Origin: Auanema rhodensis
Lineage: Eukaryota; Animalia; Nematoda
DNA length: 64,000 bases
Direction of reading: 5' to 3'
NCBI GenBank assembly: GCA_964057225.1
Contig: OZ059897.1
Location: forward strand, 20,274,001 to 20,338,000
Shown: positions 54,901 to 64,000 of the stretch, in pieces
How positions within the stretch are numbered: the stretch's first letter is position 1
Layout of the letters: the number at the start of each line of letters is the position of its first letter
Notes under the pieces: model-generated
What the model saw: only the letters and a program-made list of their open reading frames with translations
Databases searched by the model: none
Told to the model about the DNA's origin: nothing
Made by a program: the position numbers and the translations under genes

Positions 54901-57900
54901 CATCGAATGCACTATACTACATGGAAGAACGCTTAATACAAAAATTAGTTATGATCGTTTGAAAAATGATGCATTAGTGTATGTTGAGTTTCCATGTACA
55001 CTCAACATTGCTTCCAAAAACATTTTGACAAAAATTTTTTCGAAAAATTTCAAAATAATTTAGCAAAAAGTAGATGTTTTTAGATTCCTTTTTTCAAGGC
55101 AAAGACGATGGACAATGTTATTCAACGAAAAAATTATTTCTTCAGGGTGAAAATCGAGGATATAAGTGTGAACTTATATCAAATGATATCTCGGTGCATT
55201 TTTAAGCTAGCGCAAATCTGATAACACAGATCGACGCAGCTTAAAAATCCGCATCGAATGCACTATACTACATTGAGAAACGCTTAATACAAAAATTAGT
55301 TATGATCGTTTGAAAAATGATGCATTAGTGTATGTTGAGTTTCCATGTACACTCAACATTGCTTCCAAAAACATTTTGACAAAAATTTTTTCGAAAAATT
55401 TCAAAATAATTTAGCAAAAAGTAGATGTTTTTAGATTCCTTTTTTCAAGGCAAAGACGATGGACAATGTTATTCAACGAAAAAATTAATTCTTCAGGGTG
55501 AAAATCGAGGATATAAGTGTGAACTTATATCAGTTGATATCTCGGTGCATTTTTAAGCTAGCGCAAATCTGATAACACAGATCGACGCAGCTCAAAAATC
55601 CGTACGAATGCACTATACTATATTGAGAAACGCTTAATACAAAAATTAGTTATGATCGTTTGAAAAATGATGCATTAGTGTATGTTGAGTTTCCATGTAC
55701 ACTCAACATTGCTTCCAAAAACATTTTGACAAAAATTTTTTCGAAAAATTTCAAAATAATTTAGCAAAAAGTAGATGTTTTTAGATTCCTTTTTTTAAGG
55801 CGAAGACGATGGACGATGTTATTCAACGAAAAAATTAATTCTTCAGGGTGAAAATCGAGGATATAAGTGTGAACTTATATCAGTTGATATCTCGGTGCAT
55901 TTTTAAGCTAGCGCAAATCTGATAACACAGATCGACGCAGCTTAAAAATCCGCATCGAATGCACTATACTACATGGAAGAACGCTTAATACAAAAATTAG
56001 TTATGATCGTTTGAAAAATGATGCATTAGTGTATGTTGAGTTTCCATGTACACTCAACATTGCTTCCAAAAAGATTTTGACAAAAATTTTTTCGAAAAAT
56101 TTCAAAATAATTTAGCGAAAAGTAGATGTTTTTAGATTCCTTTTTTCAAGGCAAAGACGATGGACAATGTTATTCAACGAAAAAATTATTTCTTCAGGGT
56201 GAAAATCGAGGATATAAGTGTGAACTTATATCAGTTGATATCTCGGTGCATTTTTAAGCTAGCGCAAATCTGATAACACAGATCGACGCAGCTTAAAAAT
56301 CCGCATCGAATGCACTATACTACATTAAGAAACGCTTAATACAAAAATTAGTTATGATCGTTTGAAAAATGATGCATTAGTGTATGTTGAGTTTCCATGT
56401 ACACTCAACATTGCTTCCAAAAACATTTTGACAAAAATTTTTTCGAAAAATTTCAAAATAATTTAGCAAAAAGTAGATGTTTTTAGATTCCTTTTTTTAA
56501 GGCAAAGACGATGGACGATGTTATTCAACGAAAAAATTAATTCTTCAGGGTGAAAATCGAGGATATAAGTGTGAACTTATATCAGTTGATATCTCGGTGC
56601 ATTTTTAAGCTAGCGCAAATCTGATAACACAGATCGACGCAGCTTAAAAATCCGCATCGAATGCACTATACTACATGGAAGAACGCTTAATACAAAAATT
56701 AGTTATGATCGTTTGAAAAATGATGCATTAGTGTATGTTGAGTTTCCATGTACACTCAACATTGCTTCCAAAAACATTTTGACAAAAATTTTTTCGAAAA
56801 ATTTCAAAATAATTTAGCAAAAAGTAGATGTTTTTAGATTCCTTTTTTCAAGGCAAAGACGATGGACGATGTTATTCAACGAAAAAATTAATTCTTCAGG
56901 GTGAAAATCGAGGATATAAGTGTGAACTTATATCAGTTGATATCTCGGTGCATTTTTAAGCTAGCGCAAATCTGATAACACAGATCGACGCAGCTCAAAA
57001 ATCCGTACGAATGCACTATACTATATTGAGAAACGCTTAATACAAAAATTAGTTATGATCGTTTGAAAAATGATGCATTAGTGTATGTTGAGTTTCCATG
57101 TACACTCAACATTGCTTCCAAAAACATTTTGACAAAAATTTTTTCGAAAAATTTCAAAATAATTTAGCAAAAAGTAGATGTTTTTAGATTCCTTTTTTCA
57201 AGGCAAAGACGATGGACGATGTTATTCAACGAAAAAATTAATTCTTCAGGGTGAAAATCGAGGATATAAGTGTGAACTTATATCAGTTGATATCTCGGTG
57301 CATTTTTAAGCTAGCGCAAATCTGATAACACAGATCGACGCAGCTCAAAAATCCGTACGAATGCACTATACTATATTGAGAAACGCTTAATACAAAAATT
57401 AGTTATGATCGTTTGAAAAATGATGCATTAGTGTATGTTGAGTTTCCATGTACACTCAACATTGCTTCCAAAAACATTTTGACAAAAATTTTTTCGAAAA
57501 ATTTCAAAATAATTAAGCAAAAAGTAGATGTTTTTAGATTCCTTTTTTCAAGGCAAAGACGATGGACAATGTTATTCAACGAAAAAATTAATTCTTCAGG
57601 GTGAAAATCGAGGATATAAGTGTGAACTTATATCAGTTGATATCTCGGTACATTTTTAAGCTAGCGCAAATCTGATAACACAGATCGACGCAGCTTAAAA
57701 ATCCGCATCGAATGCACTATACTACATAGAAGAACGCTTAATACAAAAATTAGTTATGATCGTTTGAAAAATGATGCATTAGTGTATGTTGAGTTTCCAT
57801 GTACACTCAACATTGCTTCCAAAAACATTTTGACAAAAATTTTTTCGAAAAATTTCAAAATAATTTAGCAAAAAGTAGATGTTTTTAGATTTCTTTTTTC

Positions 57901-60900
57901 AAGGCAAAGACGATGGACAATGTTATTCAACGAAAAAATTAATTCTTCAGGGTGAAAATCGAGGATATAAGTGTGAACTTATATCAGTTGATATCTCGGT
58001 GCATTTTTAAGCTAGCGCAAATCTGATAACACAGATCGACGCAGCTCAAAAATCCGTACGAATGCACTATACTACATTGAGAAACGCTTAATACAAAAAT
58101 TAGTTAAGATCGTTTGAAAAATGATGCATTAGTGTATGTTGAGTTTCCATGTACACTCAACATTGCTTCCAAAAACATTTTGACAAAAATTTTTTCGAAA
58201 AATTTCAAAATAATTAAGCAAAAAGTAGATGTTTTTAGATTCCTTTTTTCAAGGCAAAGACGATGGACAATGTTATTCAACGAAAAAATTAATTCTTCAG
58301 GGTGAAAATCGAGGATATAAGTGTGAACTTATATCAGTTGATATCTCGGTACATTTTTAAGCTAGCGCAAATCTGATAACACAGATCGACGCAGCTTAAA
58401 AATCCGCATCGAATGCACTATACTACATGGAAGAACGCTTAATACAAAAATTAGTTATGATCGTTTGAAAAATGATGCATTAGTGTATGTTGAGTTTCCA
58501 TGTACACTCAACATTGCTTCCAAAAACATTTTGACAAAAATTTTTTCGAAAAATTTCAAAATAATTTAGCAAAAAGTAGATGTTTTTAGATTTCTTTTTT
58601 CAAGGCAAAGACGATGGACAATGTTATTCAACGAAAAAATTATTTCTTCAGGGTGAAAATCGAGGATATAAGTGTAAACTTATATCAGTTGATATCTCGG
58701 TGCATTTTTAAGCTAGCGCAAATCTGATAACACAGATCGACGCAGCTTAAAAATCCGCATCGAATGCACTATACTACATTGAGAAACGCTTAATACAAAA
58801 ATTAGTTATGATCGTTTGAAAAATGATGCATTAGTGTATGTTGAGTTTCCATGTACACTCAACATTGCTTCCAAAAAGATTTTGACAAAAATTTTTTCGA
58901 AAAATTTCAAAATAATTTAGCGAAAAGTAGATGTTTTTAGATTCCTTTTTTCAAGGCAAAGACGATGGACAATGTTATTCAACGAAAAAATTATTTCTTC
59001 AGGGTGAAAATCGAGGATATAAGTGTGAACTTATATCAGTTGATATCTCGGTGCATTTTTAAGCTAGCGCAAATCTGATAACACAGATCGACGCAGCTTA
59101 AAAATCCGCATCGAATGCACTATACTACATTGAGAAACGCTTAATACAAAAATTAGTTATGATCGTTTGAAAAATGATGCATTAGTGTATGTTGAGTTTC
59201 CATGTACACTCAACATTGCTTCCAAAAACATTTTGACAAAAATTTTTTCGAAAAATTTCAAAATAATTTAGCAAAAAGTAGATGTTTTCAGATTCCTTTT
59301 TTCAAGGCAAAGACGATGGACGATGTTATTCAACGAAAAAATTAATTCTTCAGGGTGAAAATCGAGGATATAAGTGTGAACTTATATCAGTTGATATCTC
59401 GGTGCATTTTTAAGCTAGCGCAAATCTGATAACACAGATCGACGCAGCTCAAAAATCCGTACGAATGCACTATACTATATTGAGAAACGCTTAATACAAA
59501 AATTAGTTATGATCGTTTGAAAAATGATGCATTAGTGTATGTTGAGTTTCCATGTACACTCAACATTGCTTCCAAAAACATTTTGACAAAAATTTTTTCG
59601 AAAAATTTCAAAATAATTAAGCAAAAAGTAGATGTTTTTAGATTCCTTTTTTCAAGGCAAAGACGATGGACAATGTTATTCAACGAAAAAATTAATTCTT
59701 CAGGGTGAAAATCGAGGATATAAGTGTGAACTTATATCAGTTGATATCTCGGTACATTTTTAAGCTAGCGCAAATCTGATAACACAGATCGACGCAGCTT
59801 AAAAATCCGCATCGAATGCACTATACTACATGGAAGAACGCTTAATACAAAAATTAGTTATGATCGTTTGAAAAATGATGCATTAGTGTATGTTGAGTTT
59901 CCATGTACACTCAACATTGCTTCCAAAAACATTTTGACAAAAATTTTTTCGAAAAATTTCAAAATAATTTAGCAAAAAGTAGATGTTTTTAGATTTCTTT
60001 TTTCAAGGCAAAGACGATGGACAATGTTATTCAACGAAAAAATTATTTCTTCAGGGTGAAAATCGAGGATATAAGTGTGAACTTATATCAGTTGATATCT
60101 CGGTGCATTTTTAAGCTAGCGCAAATCTGATAACACAGATCGACGCAGCTTAAAAATCCGCATCGAATGCACTATACTACATTGAGAAACGCTTAATACA
60201 AAAATTAGTTATGATCGTTTGAAAAATGATGCATTAGTGTATGTTGAGTTTCCATGTACACTCAACATTGCTTCCAAAAACATTTTGACAAAAATTTTTT
60301 CGAAAAATTTCAAAATAATTTAGCAAAAAGTAGATGTTTTCAGATTCCTTTTTTCAAGGCAAAGACGATGGACGATGTTATTCAACGAAAAAATTAATTC
60401 TTCAGGGTGAAAATCGAGGATATAAGTGTGAACTTATATCAGTTGATATCTCGGTGCATTTTTAAGCTAGCGCAAATCTGATAACACAGATCGACGCAGC
60501 TCAAAAATCCGTACGAATGCACTATACTATATTGAGAAACGCTTAATACAAAAATTAGTTATGATCGTTTGAAAAATGATGCATTAGTGTATGTTGAGTT
60601 TCCATGTACACTCAACATTGCTTCCAAAAACATTTTGACAAAAATTTTTTCGAAAAATTTCAAAATAATTAAGCAAAAAGTAGATGTTTTTAGATTCCTT
60701 TTTTCAAGGCAAAGACGATGGACAATGTTATTCAACGAAAAAATTAATTCTTCAGGGTGAAAATCGAGGATATAAGTGTGAACTTATATCAGTTGATATC
60801 TCGGTACATTTTTAAGCTAGCGCAAATCTGATAACACAGATCGACGCAGCTTAAAAATCCGCATCGAATGCACTATACTACATGGAAGAACGCTTAATAC

Positions 60901-62459
60901 AAAAATTAGTTATGATCGTTTGAAAAATGATGCATTAGTGTATGTTGAGTTTCCATGTACACTCAACATTGCTTCCAAAAACATTTTGACAAAAATTTTT
61001 TCGAAAAATTTCAAAATAATTTAGCAAAAAGTAGATGTTTTTAGATTTCTTTTTTCAAGGCAAAGACGATGGACAATGTTATTCAACGAAAAAATTAATT
61101 CTTCAGGGTGAAAATCGAGGATATAAGTGTGAACTTATATCAGTTGATATCTCGGTGCATTTTTAAGCTAGCGCAAATCTGATAACACAGATCGACGCAG
61201 CTCAAAAATCCGTACGAATGCACTATACTACATTGAGAAACGCTTAATACAAAAATTAGTTAAGATCGTTTGAAAAATGATGCATTAGTGTATGTTGAGT
61301 TTCCATGTACACTCAACATTGCTTCCAAAAACATTTTGACAAAAATTTTTTCGAAAAATTTCAAAATAATTAAGCAAAAAGTAGATGTTTTTAGATTCCT
61401 TTTTTCAAGGCAAAGACGATGGACAATGTTATTCAACGAAAAAATTAATTCTTCAGGGTGAAAATCGAGGATATAAGTGTGAACTTATATCAGTTGATAT
61501 CTCGGTACATTTTTAAGCTAGCGCAAATCTGATAACACAGATCGACGCAGCTTAAAAATCCGCATCGAATGCACTATACTACATGGAAGAACGCTTAATA
61601 CAAAAATTAGTTATGATCGTTTGAAAAATGATGCATTAGTGTATGTTGAGTTTCCATGTACACTCAACATTGCTTCCAAAAACATTTTGACAAAAATTTT
61701 TTCGAAAAATTTCAAAATAATTTAGCAAAAAGTAGATGTTTTTAGATTTCTTTTTTCAAGGCAAAGACGATGGACAATGTTATTCAACGAAAAAATTATT
61801 TCTTCAGGGTGAAAATCGAGGATATAAGTGTAAACTTATATCAGTTGATATCTCGGTGCATTTTTAAGCTAGCGCAAATCTGATAACACAGATCGACGCA
61901 GCTTAAAAATCCGCATCGAATGCACTATACTACATTGAGAAACGCTTAATACAAAAATTAGTTATGATCGTTTGAAAAATGATGCATTAGTGTATGTTGA
62001 GTTTCCATGTACACTCAACATTGCTTCCAAAAAGATTTTGACAAAAATTTTTTCGAAAAATTTCAAAATAATTTAGCGAAAAGTAGATGTTTTTAGATTC
62101 CTTTTTTCAAGGCAAAGACGATGGACAATGTTATTCAACGAAAAAATTATTTCTTCAGGGTGAAAATCGAGGATATAAGTGTGAACTTATATCAGTTGAT
62201 ATCTCGGTGCATTTTTAAGCTAGCGCAAATCTGATAACACAGATCGACGCAGCTTAAAAATCCGCATCGAATGCACTATACTACATTGAGAAACGCTTAA
62301 TACAAAAATTAGTTATGATCGTTTGAAAAATGATGCATTAGTGTATGTTGAGTTTCCATGTACACTCAACATTGCTTCCGAAAACATTTTGACAAAAATT
62401 TTTTCGAAAAATTTCAAAATAATTTAGCAAAAAGTAGATGTTTTTAGATTCCTTTTTTC
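45976..62459. repeat. Domain built on a ~2104-bp 6-mer higher-order unit with shorter and longer structural variants
   Basis: The ORF-marking TAG>AAG allele recurs at 48996/51100/53204 and 57413/59517 (2104 = 6x351-2). The AAAGATTTT+GCGAAAAG marker is at 48357, 50461, 51864, 53968, 56073, 58878 and 62034. Confidence 0.8.
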
Positions 62460-64000
62460 AAGGCGAAGACGATGGACAATGTTATTCAACGAAAAAATTA
62501 ATTCTTCAGGGTGAAAATCGAGGATATAAGTGTGAACTTATATCAGTTGATATCTCGGTACATTTTTAAGCTAGCGCAAATCTGATAACACAGATCGACG
62601 CAGCTTAAAAATCCGCATCGAATGCACTATACTACATGGAAGAACGCTTAATACAAAAATTAGTTATGATCGTTTGAAAAATGATGCATTAGTGTATGTT
62701 GAGTTTCCATGTACACTCAACATTGCTTCCAAAAACATTTTGACAAAAATTTTTTCGAAAAATTTCAAAATAATTTAGCAAAAAGTAGATGTTTTTAGAT
62801 TCCTTTTTTCAAGGCAAAGACGATGGACAATGTTATTCAACGAAAAAATTAATTCTTCAGGGTGAAAATCGAGGATATAAGTGTGAACTTATATCAGTTG
62901 ATATCTCGGTGCATTTTTAAGCTAGCGCAAATCTGATAACACAGATCGACGCAGCTTAAAAATCCGCATCGAATGCACTATACTACATGGAAGAACGCTT
63001 AATACAAAAATTAGTTATGATCGTTTGAAAAATGATGCATTAGTGTATGTTGAGTTTCCATGTACACTCAACATTGCTTCCAAAAACATTTTGACAAAAA
63101 TTTTTTCGAAAAATTTCAAAATAATTTAGCAAAAAGTAGATGTTTTTAGATTCCTTTTTTCAAGGCAAAGACGATGGACAATGTTATTCAACGAAAAAAT
63201 TATTTCTTCAGGGTGAAAATCGAGGATATAAGTGTGAACTTATATCAAATGATATCTCGGTGCATTTTTAAGCTAGCGCAAATCTGATAACACAGATCGA
63301 CGCAGCTTAAAAATCCGCATCGAATGCACTATACTACATTGAGAAACGCTTAATACAAAAATTAGTTATGATCGTTTGAAAAATGATGCATTAGTGTATG
63401 TTGAGTTTCCATGTACACTCAACATTGCTTCCAAAAACATTTTGACAAAAATTTTTTCGAAAAATTTCAAAATAATTTAGCAAAAAGTAGATGTTTTTAG
63501 ATTCCTTTTTTCAAGGCAAAGACGATGGACGATGTTATTCAACGAAAAAATTAATTCTTCAGGGTGAAAATCGAGGATATAAGTGTGAACTTATATCAGT
63601 TGATATCTCGGTGCATTTTTAAGCTAGCGCAAATCTGATAACACAGATCGACGCAGCTCAAAAATCCGTACGAATGCACTATACTATATTGAGAAACGCT
63701 TAATACAAAAATTAGTTATGATCGTTTGAAAAATGATGCATTAGTGTATGTTGAGTTTCCATGTACACTCAACATTGCTTCCAAAAACATTTTGACAAAA
63801 ATTTTTTCGAAAAATTTCAAAATAATTTAGCAAAAAGTAGATGTTTTTAGATTCCTTTTTTTAAGGCGAAGACGATGGACGATGTTATTCAACGAAAAAA
63901 TTAATTCTTCAGGGTGAAAATCGAGGATATAAGTGTGAACTTATATCAGTTGATATCTCGGTGCATTTTTAAGCTAGCGCAAATCTGATAACACAGATCG
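60345..64000. repeat. Near-identical second copy of block ~52280-55934 (offset 8066 bp = 23 monomers)
   Basis: Rare markers share an exact 8066 offset: ATCAAATG (55181/63247), TTAAGGCGAA (55801/63867), AGGCGAA (54398/62464), ORF starts 52503/60569 and 53204/61270. Confidence 0.88.

Larger units (their letters stand above)
1..64000. repeat. Tandem satellite DNA array, 351-bp monomer, ~182.4 copies, extends beyond both window ends
   Basis: The same sequence recurs every 351 bp (starts at 1, 352, 7021=20x351+1, 14041=40x351+1; last start 63863=182x351+1-20). All copies are in one orientation with no non-monomer insertion seen, and differ by only a few SNPs. Confidence 0.99.

Noticed and set aside
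3725-61461. Seventeen 63-aa ORFs (MKNDALVY...) and two 75-aa ORFs
   Set aside because: They arise only where a SNP removes a stop present in about 90% of monomers (TAG>AAG or TGG; TAG>TAT plus TAA>TAT). The 63-aa set uses a TTG start, composition is K/F/I/N-rich as expected from A/T tracts, and no domain is recognisable. They are useful only as haplotype markers.
1-64000. CRISPR array or spacer-like information store
   Set aside because: No unique spacers: variable sites have 2-6 recurring alleles a few bases long, the unit is 351 bp, and there are no cas genes. The patterns fit duplication and conversion.
1-64000. Assignment to a named satellite (e.g. Drosophila 359-bp 1.688, beetle ~350-bp satellites)
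   Set aside because: Only unit length and AT-richness are similar; I cannot recognise sequence homology without a database search.

Overview
The whole 64-kb window is one uninterrupted, head-to-tail, single-orientation tandem array of an AT-rich 351-bp monomer (hand count of monomer 1: 58 G + 53 C, about 32% GC). It holds 182 complete copies plus a 138-bp partial copy; monomers start at AAGGC[A/G]AAGAC (1, 352, 703 ... 7021, 14041 ... 63863). Copies differ at only a handful of recurring sites. Length is almost invariant: twenty 350-bp copies share a CGCATCG>CGTACG variant, with one +1 T near 25970 and one -1 G near 44519, which together account for the net -20 bp register drift. This is eukaryotic-type satellite DNA, plausibly (peri)centromeric. 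I see no credible genes, RNA genes, transposons or CRISPR arrays; all listed ORFs come from stop-codon-removing SNPs in the monomer. I cannot name the satellite family or the host. The interesting signal is structural: a monomer packed with dyad symmetries, common variants that often sit in dyad spacers, two multi-allelic micro-cassettes, spatial haplotype domains, and nascent higher-order repeats (2-, 3-, 4-, 5-, 6-, 7-, 15-, 17- and 23-monomer offsets).
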